A stretch of DNA of 64,000 nt, from positions 3,844,001-3,908,000 of the forward strand of contig OX442314.1 of the NCBI GenBank assembly GCA_949358305.1. The letters are read 5' to 3'. Made by a program: the position numbers and the translations under genes. Of this stretch, positions 41,887 to 55,032 are shown piece by piece. The stretch's first letter is position 1, and the number at the start of each line of letters is the position of its first letter. This stretch comes from Strigamia acuminata (taxonomy: Eukaryota). The notes beneath the pieces were generated by a model. The model was not told the origin of the DNA. It made no database searches and saw only the letters and a list, made by a program, of their open reading frames with translations.

Positions 41887-44800
41887 CTTTTAAAAAAATA
41901 TATAAATTATAAAATTTTAAAAATTTTAAATCCAAATTTCTCTTACTGAAATTCTTTCAATTCTTTCTCTTTTAATTCCAACTTACTGCCTGTAATTGGT
42001 TGCAATACACCGCAGACTAGCAAAAACTGCAAAATCTTCTAAAATCTTCACAAAAATCTCTCAAAATCGACAAAAACCATCCAAAAATCTCGAAAAACCT
42101 CCCAGAACCTATAAAGATATGAAAAAAAAATCACAAAGAATCGATTTCTTTGCAAAAAATGCCAAAAAATTAACCAAAACAAGTAAACACTTATCTGAAA
42201 TCCTTACATATTGACCTAACACCAATCAGGGCTGTTTGGACCAATCAAAATTGCCTAGAAAATAAAATAAAACCAAATTAACACAACAAAAATTAAAAAA
42301 AAAACTGAAAAAAACTGAAAAAACAAATTCCAAAAAATGTAGTTTACCTTCTAAGATGTCCTACCTGGCTAAGGTGCAGTTGGGGGTCGTCAACAGGCAT
42401 TTGGGCGATCTGAAATAGCTAGAAAATAAATTTAAAAAATAAAAAACACATCAAAATCAATAAAAAAAATTGCCAAATTTGGGAAACTTTAATTTCCAAT
42501 ACAAACAACAAAGAACACAACAAATTCCATCAAAAAACCACCAAAATCACGAAAAATTATTGCTTAAAACAACCAAACTCACCAGCGAGGCGAGAACGAA
42601 ACCAACATGGCGGTGTAAAAGAACAAATGCTGGAGAAAATAAATAAAAACAACAAAAAACTCATCAAATTCCATCAAAAAACCATCGAAATCGTGAAAAA
42701 TCATCGATCAAAACAACCAAACTCACCGTGTGAGATGTCCCGGGTTCCGCCCAGGCATTTGGACGGGCTGAAAGGCATAGAAAAGAAATTAAAACAACAA
42801 AACACACATCAAATTCCATCCAAATCGTGAAAAACCACAGAAATCGTGAAAAATCATCCCCCAAAACAACCAAACTCACCAGCGAGGCGAGAACGAAACC
42901 AACATGGCGGCGGAGGACAACAATTGCTGGAGGCGCCCCGCTATGCGGTGGCAATCTTGGGAAGGAGGTTAAGGGATGGAGGAGACGAAATCGAGCTTTC
43001 TGCACCAATCGCAGCCGCCAACAGGCCCAAGCCCGCACCCTTTGCCGCTGAATCTAAAGATTTCTTGCACTAGCAAATGATTATTTCAATGCTCATTGGC
43101 CAGTTTCTCAAATCTCATTCATTCGGTTGGTTACTTATTTTTCCCTCCAAATAGTTTTCTCTTCATTGATTGGTCCTTAAAATTCAGTTTCTACTAACTG
43201 ACACGAGGTGGCGAATAGAGGGCGCTGCTAGAGTAGAAGAGGCGGCAAATTTGAACGCGCGACAAAAACCATCTTTTAGAAAACCGCTCATCAGTTGCAG
43301 TGGTTGCATAAATAAATAAATGAAATGATAATTGACGTTAATTCTCAATGTTTTTTTTTTATAAATCTCGACGAAATTTTCAATGTTTTTGATGAATCTC
43401 AAACGGTTTTTGTCAGATTTCTACAATTTTTAGTTCAATTTCTCCAAATTTTTCTCCAATTTCCCCAAATTTTTGTCAAACTTGCCCTAACCTAACGTGC
43501 CCTTAACCTAACGTAACCTAACCTAACGTGCCCTTAACCTAACCTAACCTAACGTGCCCTTAACTTAACGTAACGTAACCTAACCTAACCTAACCTACCG
43601 TAAACTAACCTAACCTAACCTAACGTGCCCTTAACCTAACCTAACCTAACGTGCCCTTAACCTAACGTAACGTAACCTAACCTAACCTAACCTACCGTAA
43701 ACTAACCTAACCTAACCTAACGTGCCTTAACGTAACATAACCTTACGTGGTCTTGCCTTAACGTAACGTGTCTGTGTCACAAAACGTATTTTTGATTGTA
43801 AGAATTTTAATTTTTCTAACTTTGAACGAGATTTTAAAATGCAAGTTTTTCGAATTAATTGTTGACAATCTTTGAAGTTTTTTTCTCAAATTTTTTTCTT
43901 TTTTTCTTTCTTTATTTTATTATTTTATTTAATTTGCACAAAAATTATTCCCTTTCTTTCTCTCCTCACAAGTCAACACAACAGCCGTCAGTTGAGTTGC
44001 CATGGCATTAATCCCCCCTTCCTTTTATTCCCCCTTCCTTTCCCAATTTGGCCCTTTCTCTCTTGCCTCGTCGGTGACCGCAGCAACTCCGGAAACGAGA
44101 TCTCAAATGCACTCAAATGAAATGAAATGAAAATTCCAGAAAACAAAAGATCAAACTTTATTCATTTATTCATTTATTCATTTATTGAATTTATTGCAAG
44201 TGGTCAGAATAAAAGTACGTAATATTGTTATCCTTGTGTTTCCAGAACAAAAGCGAAGTTTTCACTAATGAAATGTGTATTAGAGTCGGCAAATCCAAAA
44301 CGGACTTGATGGCGTGCAATTGAGCTGTAGTTCGGGTCTTTCAAACTGATTTATTAATATCACCTTTAGAAAAGAAAACATATAATGTAAAATCGTTTTC
44401 ATGCAAAACGATTCAATTTTTAAAATATACTCAACGGTTAATTTTGAAAATCCCAAAGGCCTTAATCGCTGCCTTAATCGATTTTCGACATGTTCTCTCG
44501 CTACAATGCACACTTGTAACAGATTTGTTGTTTAATTGTCAACATAAATTGTTACACTCAAAAACGGTTTGGTTGTTTTAACTAAATGTATTTGTAATCA
44601 ATGTAAATTCAATATCATGTCTGTATGGACACTTATCATCCAAAAATTAAAGACAAAACCACAATCAAAATAATAAACAAGCTGTTCAAATATAAGTATC
44701 ATTTTTAATGATCACGTCATAAATAAATATCGTATAGCGGTAACAGTTTTATAAATGCTCTGATAAAACAATGATATTAAATAGAAATTTTAAAAATTAT

Positions 44801-44900
44801 ACACATTAATGTGCGTTTGTTCACATAATTAGTGATGACCAGACTCGACAAAAAAATCGAAAAATAAAATTCGAAAAAATAACATGAAATGAAATTTAAG

Positions 44901-47900
44901 TTATGTGACCGATTCTTCGACGACTCGCTGCTTGCGAGCAAAAGAGAGAAAAACTTGTTCCAGAGTTGCCTGACTCACGGAATAGTCTTCGAGATTAAAC
45001 AGCGCTTTTGCCTTCTCCATCGACTCGAAGAGGTACGCCCATTTGGTCTCTACGTCCCTAATTTGGTAATGCACGAGTCCCTAAAACAAATGAATAGAAC
45101 TTAATACACAGTTTGCGGCAGCTACTTTTCCCTTATGCCGGGACTACTCGATTAAACGCCGGGCACTCAGCGGCAAGTTCAGCAATTGTCGGTGGCATCG
45201 AATAAACGCCGGGTCCCAAAAATGGGTGATTTTTCGCAAAAAGTCGAAGATTTTTGCGAAAGAATGAGCATTTTAAGCAAAAAAATCATCATTTTTAGCA
45301 AAAAAACCTCATTTTTTAGCAAAAAGTCATCATTTTAAACGGAAAATCGGCTATTTTTAGCCAAAAAAATCATCATTTTTAGCCATAAATCATCATTTTT
45401 AGCCAAAACTGATCATTTTAAACGAAAAATCGGCGATTTTTAGCAAAAAAATCATCATTTTTAGCCATAAATTATGATTTTTGGCTAAAAATGATAATCG
45501 TCATTTTAAACGAAAAATCGGCGATTTTTAGCAAAAAATCATCATTTTTAGCAAAAAAAAATCATTTTTAGCAAAAAAAAATCATTTTTAGCAAAAAAAA
45601 ATCATTTTTAGCAAAAAAAAATCATTTTTAGCAAAAAAAAATCATTTTTAGCAAAAAAAAAATCATTTTTAGCAAAAAAAAATCATTTTTAGCAAAAAAA
45701 AATCATTTTTACCAAAAAAAAATCATTTTTAGCAAAAAATCATCATTTTAAACGAAAAATCGGCGATTTTTCAGTTATGCGCCGGGCCCTACTAAGCGCC
45801 GGGCCTCGAATAAGTGCTAGGTGGGGCGAGTCGAAAAAACTATTAAACGCCCCGGCGTTTATTCGAGGCAGTACAGTATATTTCAAATTTCAGAAAGTAG
45901 ATCCCGTTTGTTTATAAGAAAAATAAATAAAAACATCGTTTGGAGATCAAAATTGATCCTAGGTAAATGACACAATGTTAATTTAAATCTTTTTTTTTTA
46001 TCTTACTTGGTGTATGTCCTGAAGAACGGCACTTGGAAATGTCTGCTCAATGTATGTCTGTAATTCCGTCTGCTTATTTGTCATTAGATTGATGGTCGAA
46101 CTAGCACCGGGCTTGAGTTTGGCTAAAACTGTAAACCCCTGACTGAATTTGTTCTTCAGATGCTGGATCGGACCGAAACACTGAAACTGACCGTTCACCA
46201 TAATGCCCACTCTGTTGCAGAGCACTTCACATTCCTCCATACTAGAAAATTTGTCCAAAATTAGTCAAAAATTTCATCACTATCATTCACTACATTCATT
46301 TACCTATGCGAAGTCAAAACAACCGATATTCCCCGCCCGTTAGCGCTTCTTAGAATGTCCCATATTTTTCTCCTGGCGACCGGGTCCACTCCGGTCGTGG
46401 GCTCATCCAAAAATACGACCGGCGGATCTCCGATGAATCCCATGGCTGCACTCAGTTTTCTTTTATTTCCACCGCTAAATAAATAATTTTTTTTTAAAAT
46501 AACTTTGTTCTAATCAGTTAAGTCTCTTTATTTCGAATACCTGTAGAAAAGCGTGATTTTATCGGCATGCTCGGTGAGGTCAAAGTCCACGATGTACTGA
46601 TCGACAACCGCCTTTATTTGGGAACTGCAAATTCCACGAAGGTGAGCAAAAACGGTGAGGATTTCTCGTCCGGTCAAGTAATCGATGAGCGCATCAAATT
46701 GCGGGCAATAGCCAACTTGCTTTAAAAACTAAACCAAATATAGTTAGGTTAATGCACTTGGATGGATGAAAAACCTATCGGGGCTTACTTGTCCTCGCTT
46801 GTGCTGTACACTAGACCTGTTAATGTAAGCATCGCCGTGAGTGATGACCAAGTCGCCGGTAAGCATTTGAAATGTGGTCGTTTTGCCAGCGCCGTTAATT
46901 CCCAGCAGGCCAAAACATTCGGCGAAATGAACACCAAAACTCAAATCGTCAACGGCTGCAAAGTTGGAGAATACTTTCCTCAAGTCCTGCACCACCATAA
47001 CATCGGTGTCGATGATGTCTGTATGGAAACGAAAAATGCTCTACAACTTTTCAATTGACATTGTTTCCTTTTAACGTTTGGAACAAACACCTTTCATTTA
47101 CTTGTTAGTACAGGTCAACCCTTGCTATTGCCATCAAACAGTTGGTGATAACCAGAAATCATTGAAGTGAAATAATTTGTAATGGGAGAAATAAGAACAG
47201 GCAAACAACTACCGTATTTTATCGATTAAGAGCCACGGCTCTTATTCAAAACTGCCATTTTTGTCAGCAATTACAATTTCGGTTTTTCGTTTGTTACATT
47301 TGTTTAATGTAACACACAACCCAGTCTAAAGGTGGAAACACAAGGAAGCAGGTAAAATTCCAAAGCTTGCTAGCACAAGTTTAATGAGGAAGTCATTAGC
47401 TGCGTTCAATTCTAAAATAGCTTTCTAAAACTTTTTTTCATCGTTTTCCGAAAAGAGTTTTCAACATTGAGCAATGTTATTACCAACAGCTTTCAACAGC
47501 TTTCAACAGCCACGGAGCATGCTCAGTCTGCACATGATCACATGACAAATCACAAAATGCATTCGTAATGTAAGTTTATTTAAATTAATAGTATTATTAT
47601 TATTCATTTAAGAACGGGAAATCAGCCGAACATCGGCCACATTCGATTGCACAGATCCGGCCAAAATCGGCAGCTTTCAAGCGCGCAAATGCGGCCGAAA
47701 AATTGCCCGCATTCGATCGCGCAAATGCGCCAAAATTGCCCGCATTCGATCGCGCAAATGCGCCAAAATTGCCCGGGTATGCACATATGCAGCCGCATTT
47801 TATCGTTCTTAAAGGCATAATAATTCTACAAATAAATTAAATAAACTTACATTTTTGTGTGTGCTTCCACCGCCGATCTATTCGATTACAAAATGGCGGC

Positions 47901-50900
47901 CCAGGAAAACAATTTGAAAACGACGAAAACCACGAATTTATGGTTTTCATGAAATCGGTTTTTAGGAAAACCGTTTTCCGAAATGTGACGTCAAATGCGT
48001 CTACATCCTGTGTGGGAAAACGGCGAAAACGAGGAAAACGGGGAAAACTGTTTAGAATTGAACGCACCTATTTACAAGCTCACTTGACCCACTTTTGGCT
48101 TACCAGCCAAAATCTCCTACAAGAATTTCCTCACGATTCTGATTGGCTGTCAAAGTCACATGACCAAAACGCCAGCAAGCTTAAAGCTGGTCAACCGAAT
48201 TCAGTTTGAAAGGAGCGGGTGAGTACAAGATCGCTTCAAAACAAACCTTTGAATAAAAACGCAAGCTTGTGTTTGTTCAAGCAGGTGAGTTTTTAGCCGT
48301 TTTTTCAAGTAAAAGCAAGCTTTTAAATTTTACCCGCTTCCTTGTGTTTCCGCCTTTAAAAGCCCTGGTGTAGTTCACACTTAAATCCCTTTTGTACAAA
48401 GTCTAATTTCTACACGTTTGTTCTGACTAGGGATGAGAACGGAACCGGAAATGGTCCCGATCCCGGTCCCGGTCCCGCAGCAGGATTTGGGACAGGACGG
48501 GACTGGATGAAACTGTATTCCACGGGATTCGGGACGGGACGGGACTTGTGTATTATGCGTGTAATACGTAATACGTGTGTATTACAACATAATACGCGTG
48601 TTTTTCAGACCCCGAAAAAGTGAAAATTTCTGGACACGGGACGGTCTGGGACCCGAAAAATTCACAATTTTCGGGACACGGGACGGGTCAGGACTCAAAA
48701 ATTGGTCCCGTTCTCATCCCTAGTTCTGACGTGTAGAAAAGCAATAACGTAAACATAAACAACTCACTTGGATCGTGAATTCGCCGCTTTTCCGCAAGCA
48801 CATCTTCATCTAACGCATTTCCCAGTCCGTCGAACGTGTTGACATTGTTTCTATTTCCAATCAATTGGTTTTTTCCCCGGCGAATTTTATACCAAAGCGT
48901 GTAGAAAATTCCCTGTTCGATGAGCGCCAAAATACCGAAATACAACACTCCGGTCACAGCCATCATGGTAACTTCCTGACCAATTCCGGGATCATCCCAC
49001 GCGAAATAATTTGGCTTCACATGAGGCAAAGGCAAACCAATAAAACTCATGAAAGCATTTTTAGATGAAAGCTGAACCATTTTCATCAATGCCACGGTCA
49101 CGGTGAAATTCGGTACAAGCCGAAACAGCCACTGAATGTCTCGTCCAATTTCCTTCAACGAATCGGAGCCGAATTGTTGGAACGTGTTGATGGTGATGCT
49201 CAAAATGATGCCGGCTAGCAAGTTGGCAATCGTCAGACGGCTGAATCCCGTTGCCGGAACCTTGGCCATGAACGAGACGATGTAGGTAAAAGGAATCGAA
49301 CACCAGCCGTACAATATGAGCAGTAAAATCACAACTCCTGCAAATTAAACACAATCAACTGAATAATTGTATGGGATATTGAATGAATATAAGACCATGG
49401 TGTTATATTCAAATACAACACCATGGTCTTATTTTCGGTGAAAGATGGTTGGCAAAACAAGCAATAAAAAACTAAACCTTTGTTTACCTACCAAAAAAAA
49501 ACCAAACTATGCTAACATTGTTTGATTGATTAAAAGTGGAAAAAGCTTACTTTGCAAATTATAAAATAAATAAAATCCATCATTCTAATCACTTTTTAAA
49601 CTAAAATACATTGAAAATAAACAGAACTACTTTTCCGCATAGTAGAGCACTGTCCACAGTTAGGCGTAAACTGGCTTAGCCAATAGGAGTTAGGACAACG
49701 TTGTGGTGGTTTTGAGTATAGGCACAGTTCCTAGGACCTACGAACTAGCAGGGATTCACGAGGCATTCATAAAAAATTGTAATACATGTGCGGTAAAAAT
49801 TTCACACAAATGCTTCTAAAAATCAAAGTGCTTAGAGTCTACGAAGGTCTTAAAGTGGCCCTGGGAGTGTGCGCCTGCCTCTCTCATCCTGAGAGAAAGC
49901 TTACTTGCTCAACATTCTTGCCAGTGGGAATCAGCGTTGACAGACGATCAGCCGCAATTAAGTCGATGAACATTACTGCCAACTTAACAGGTGCACTCTT
50001 TGCTTTATTCTATGGAAAATCAATCTCACCTTAGTCAAACGGCTCGCCTTAAAGGTAGGTTCACACTTGTGTTCACACTAGACCCAACGCAAGAAAACTG
50101 ACGCAACGCAAGCTGCTTGCGTCCAAAATTCTTGACATTGAAGCCAATTCCTGCTTTAACTCCCAAGTTGAAGCAAGCGACGCAACGCAAGAAAAGGTCT
50201 TGCAGCCAACCAATCACGATCGACACCAATCACGATCGACTAAAACTCTCATCGATTCACGTCTGGTTGGCGAGACTTTGCCACATCCAAGCAGGCCGCT
50301 ATTTTCAGATTCTGCAACTAGTTCTAGAACTAGATCTAATTCCAGGTTTCATTGAAACCATCTGATCAGCCAGACGCAACATCAATTGTTTCAGCTCTGT
50401 TTAAACGTGCCCTACGCGTATTTACAAACTGCAGACGCTACAGGAATCTTTGTGGCCAGGAGTGACTAATGCATCTGACGGAATTATTGACTCAAAACGG
50501 CAAGTTCCCTGCTCAGAGTGCGCTAACCTCATCTCCCTCACCTTAACAGGGTCAAATAAAACAAAACAAAGCAAAACAAATCAAACTAAAACCCTCACAG
50601 GTGATAAATTCAAAAATTCAACGGTGTTTGAGTTATTGATGCATTAGTCATTCCTGGCCACGGATTCCTGAAGCACAGGGATTCCGGTAGCGTCTGCAGT
50701 TTGTAAATGCGCGTGCCCTACAGTGTGGTGAACAGACTCTGCATTGCGTTTGACTAATTTTTCCTTGCATTGATTTGCATCGCCCCTAGTGTGAACACAA
50801 GTGTAAACACAAGTGTGAACCTAGCTTTATGCTGGGCGCACACATACCGCGATTTCGCATCGCGTTGCCATTGCGCATTCGCAAATGACGTCATTTCCTT

Positions 50901-52948
50901 CGCGCCGGTTTGAAATCTGCTTTTGAAAATAGTACTTGTCTCAAGTACTATTTCACCCGCGATTCATGTCGCAGCCAATCCGTGAGCTGTGTGAAATGAC
51001 GTCATTTCATCAACATTTTCAACCGAAATGGCGGGCAGGTTTTTCGGATCAGGAATGACGTCATAACATTGAAATAGCAAAGCTGGAATAGCTACATGTG
51101 TGTAGCATTGCGTGCAATTCAGAGGGCGATTTCGCCAGCGAAATCGCGACGCGATGCGACATCGCGGTATGTGTGCGCCCAGCATAACCCAGTGGTTCTT
51201 AACCTTTTTGGAGAAACCAGCACCCCCTAGGATGCATTGCACCCCTGGTTAAAAACCACTGGCCTACTCCTTTCCCAAATAAAATAATATTTCCTTTAAA
51301 AATTGAAACTAAATAAGATGTTACCAGTTTTCTCTCCGCCAGTGAACGTCCCCGTCTGGTCTACGGTGGAAAAAAGTATCATGAGCAAAATAGAGCAAAT
51401 AATGTGCGTAGCATAATCCCAAACGAAAGAAGCGGCCCAGAAAACAGCGCCGTCGACGCCGGTCATGAGTTGCAGATGTTTGGACTTGGTGGCCCGCTCG
51501 TGGATCGGAAACACGATGAACGACGAAGAGAGAAACGAAAGCCCGACCGGCACAAACACGCCCAGCATGATCGACTTCACCATCTGTATGATGGCGGCGA
51601 TGGGGAAGTTGCTCTTCTGGTCCGTCTCCAAAGGCGCGTTCTCGACGACCAACGACACGTTTTCCGTCTTGTTGTAATGTCTCGCCATCGCGTTGTGCAA
51701 CAAATTGAGCGCTAGCGGTTCGGTGTGGTAGAAGAGCCCGTTGTACCACAAGTTCATCTTGGTTTTGTCGCCGGACTCGCTGAAATTGGCTCCGACGATG
51801 TATTTGTTGGAATAATCGATGAAGTGCTTCTGGCTGAGTTCCTTCAGGTAGTCCATGGCGTCGCCGCTGACGTGACGAACGTGGTGTCTGTCGGGAACGA
51901 GGAATGGTAATAGTATTCGTAATCTTCGTTGAGGTTTTTTTGGAAAACCGTGGTGGCGCCGTACTGCGATATGTCCATGGTTAATGCGGGTAAGGAGGTG
52001 GGAGTTAAATCCAGTCTGTTGTTGACTATCAGGACGGTTGTTATCATTATGACTGGTAAAAGAATCTGTTGAAATAGAATAAGTTAAATTATATGAATTG
52101 TTGAATTATAATTTCATATAATATTCATATATATTTCAATATATGTCAATTATATTGAAATTGTTGAAATAATAATAATATTGTTGAAATTGTATTTTTT
52201 ATTGGTGAAATTGTATTTTTTATTGTTGAAATTGTATTTTTTATTGTTGAAATTGTATTTTTTATTGTTGAAATTGTATTTTTTATTGTTAAAATTGTAT
52301 ATTTTATTGTTGAAATTGTATTTTTTATTGTTAAAATTTTATTTTTTATTGTTGAAATTGAAATCGCCAATTTGGCACAAAATCTTTTAAAAATCGCCAA
52401 TTTGGGACAAAATCCTTTAAAATCGCCAATTTGAGACAAAATCTTTTAAAAATCGCCAATTTGGGACAAAATCTTTTAAAAATCGCCAATTTGGGACAAA
52501 ATCTTTTAAAAATCGCCAATTTAGCACAAAATCTTTTAAAAATCGCCAATTTGGGACAAAATCTTTTAAAAATCGCCAATTTGGGACAAAATCTTTTAAA
52601 AATCGCCAATTTGGGACAAAATCTTTTAAAAATCGCCAATTTGGGACAAAATCTTTTAAAAATCGCCAATTTAGCACAAAATCTTTTAAAAATCGCCAAT
52701 TTAGGACAAAATCTTTTAAAAATCACCAATTTGGGACAAAATCTTTTAAAAATCGCCAATTGGGAGCTCGTCTATGCAGTCCCCATTTAATGGTTATGCC
52801 CATCTTCGATTTGATCATCGCCAATTTTTTCTTACTTGAGCTAACAGCAAGACCCAACGGCGTTTCGAATAATACCATCGTTTCAAGAGCAACGCCGTAA
52901 ACGGTTGCATCCACGAATTAAAACCCGTTGATCGTTGGATGCCGCTCA
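44901..52948 (-). pseudogene. ABCA3: ABCA3-like copy 4, C-terminal half; frameshifted and interrupted by an LTR element
   Basis: Exons 44901-45080, 46007-46241, 46304-46474, 46541-46728, 46789-47018, 48768-49337, 51325-52065, 52836-52948 (cut). A 1-nt deletion at ~51873 (gacgtgacg vs gacgttgacg) splits the 250-aa ORF into 67 + 186 aa. Similarity to the other copies stops mid-exon at gccgctca|tgtcg. Confidence 0.85.
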
Positions 52949-54269
52949 TGTCGTGGTGAGCCTATGAAATAATGAGTTATAAGCTACTGACCTTTTAAGT
53001 TCCCCAGGTTCTTCTTATCCAATTTTTGGTGTTGGATGAAAACTAAATTCTACAAGTGCTTGACGTGTGTTGTGAGGTAAAAATATGAGACTATTTCCTA
53101 ACCTAATTGATATTTTTAATTGGTCTTTAAAACCCCCAAAAATTACAATAAAAACAATGGTTCCCTTTGCAATCCTAAAAAACACTTTAACTTTTCCACC
53201 ACCACCAATCCTAAGAAAACCAATCACCAATCAAGAAAACAATAGAAACAATGAAAGTAAATACATCAAAATCAAAACGTGTCTACAAACTGTGTCTGGC
53301 CTGGATGTCTTGTCGGTCACTGAACTGAGTCCCTGTAGGTGTGGTTAGTGGTCGGCCTCCCTCTCCGCTGTAGATCTTATCTCGTCAAGGTTTTCTCGCC
53401 CACTTGTGAAAACTGTCAAATGGCTCCTTGTTTTGGGGTTGCCTCTCAACCCTCTCCTCCTGTTGGTCCCTCTGGCACCGCTGGGCAGCCTCCCAATCAC
53501 TGTGGTGGATATCTTAGTGGCTTACTGCTCTCATTCAGATGGGTTTCAGTCAATCGGGTATTTTGTGGTTGTTGGATGAAGCACCGGACTACGTGCAGGT
53601 TTCTTTCAGATGGCTGCGGTCTGCTTCCAGCCAACTGTGAGGCTTAGTTCTACTTGCACTCAACCAACTCGTAAGGGGTTAGGCAACAGTCACCAAGCGC
53701 TCCCTGTACACGAGTGCCTTTTCAAAATGTCTAGGTTTACCACATCACCTCGGATACCCGCCTACTGATTATCTATTTCGTCCACTCATAACTGCCTTTT
53801 AATATAGCCTCAGGGTTTTCCAGCACTCAGGTCACCCGTCAGTTTTCTTCTTATTAATGGGGCCTTGTCACGGAATTTCACATTGTTTATCGTCTTTCTC
53901 TTTAGATTTCCTCAGGCACTTTCATTGTCTTTCATCCACCAAACCAGACAACAAAGGACATTCCTTTAGCAAAACACATAATATTTCCTACTAATAAATC
54001 AAGAACATATTATTATGAATGTTTAGAGACACTTTTATCATCTGATTAAGAGTATTTAGTTATCAATACATTTAACAATTTTTTACTTCATAATTGAAAC
54101 ACAATGATTAGAAGAAGAGAAAGAGTTAAAGAATTAAGACTCCATCACCAAATCCAAAACACTTAATATCTTCCATTCCACAAATCAAATATTTAATTGT
54201 AAAACATTCAATATTTTCCACTCTACAATTCTAGATTATTTCACCATTAATACATTCAACCCAATTCAC

Positions 54270-54380
54270 CTTACAATTGAAAACACTTCATGTTCAACAC
54301 ATTTCATCTTACAATTGAAAACACTTCATGTTCAACACATTTCATCTTATAATTGAAAACACTTCATATTCAATACATTT
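54270..54380. repeat. 38-bp tandem repeat x3 inside the LTR
   Basis: cttacaattgaaaacacttcatgttcaacacatttcat at 54270, 54308 and 54346 (last copy diverged). Confidence 0.9.
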
Positions 54381-54502
54381 ACTATTTTCTTACATTTCAC
54401 AATCAAAATACAAAGATTTAAAGAGGAAAGGTCAGAGAAATAAAGTCCATCACCAGTTCCAATATCCATTAAATTCCACAATCCAATATCTACTAATTTT
54501 CT

Positions 54503-54775
54503 AAATCAATTGTTTATTCAATTCTCAAATCAATTATTTATTAAACATCCAAATCAATTGTTTATTAATTCCTTAATTCAATTATCTATTTACCAGAGCC
54601 CCAAATCAATTATTCATTAAACATCTAAATCAATTGTTTACTAAATTCCCAATTTAATTATCTGTTTACTAGATTTCCAAATCAACTATTTATTAAGTTC
54701 CTAAATTAATTATTCATAATTTCCCAAACTGATTACTTATTTATTGGGTTCCCAAATCAAACCATTTATTTATTT
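54503..54775. repeat. Degenerate ~20-bp repeat array inside the LTR
   Basis: Recurrent aaatcaattgtttatt / aaatcaattattcatt units. Confidence 0.7.
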
Positions 54776-55019
54776 TCTTTGTTCAAGGTTCTTCACTCCT
54801 TATTTTGTGTCTCAGAGGGGGGAGTAACTAATGAGGTCGTTCCTACTCAAGCCTCAGCTTCCCCCTATGGTAGTCTATGCCCCTAGGCCTTGTCTGCTGC
54901 TCAAATGAGTGTCTTCACTGGGACACTCCTTTACCCAACCCCTGTCTAATGAGTACAGTGGTTTATTTAGATCTTTAACCCTTTGATTATTATTTTTATT
55001 CGCTGTCGCACCTGCGACA

Positions 55020-55032
55020 TCTCCTCCCGCCT
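55020..55032 (-). other. Polypurine tract (PPT)
   Basis: Minus strand AGGCGGGAGGAGA directly before TGTCGCAGG. Confidence 0.75.

Larger units (their letters stand above)
1..52948. repeat. Tandem segmental amplification, ~15.0-15.2 kb unit x 3.5
   Basis: The ORF track and sequence recur at offsets of 15156, 15035-15096 and 15095. Stop codons are at 396, 14710, 29866 and 44901. Confidence 0.97.
52949..55019 (-). mobile_element. 3' LTR (2071 bp) of an LTR retroelement
   Basis: Starts TGTCG exactly where ABCA similarity ends and finishes CGACA (5-bp terminal inverted repeat, TG...CA). Directly followed by a pyrimidine-rich tract, which is a PPT on the minus strand. The second LTR is not in the window. 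Confidence 0.8.

Noticed and set aside
52949..55019. Plus-strand 5' LTR orientation, and the ORFs at 53015-53647
   Set aside because: The sequence after the LTR is a pyrimidine tract rather than a TGG-starting PBS; the short ORFs have no recognisable motifs.
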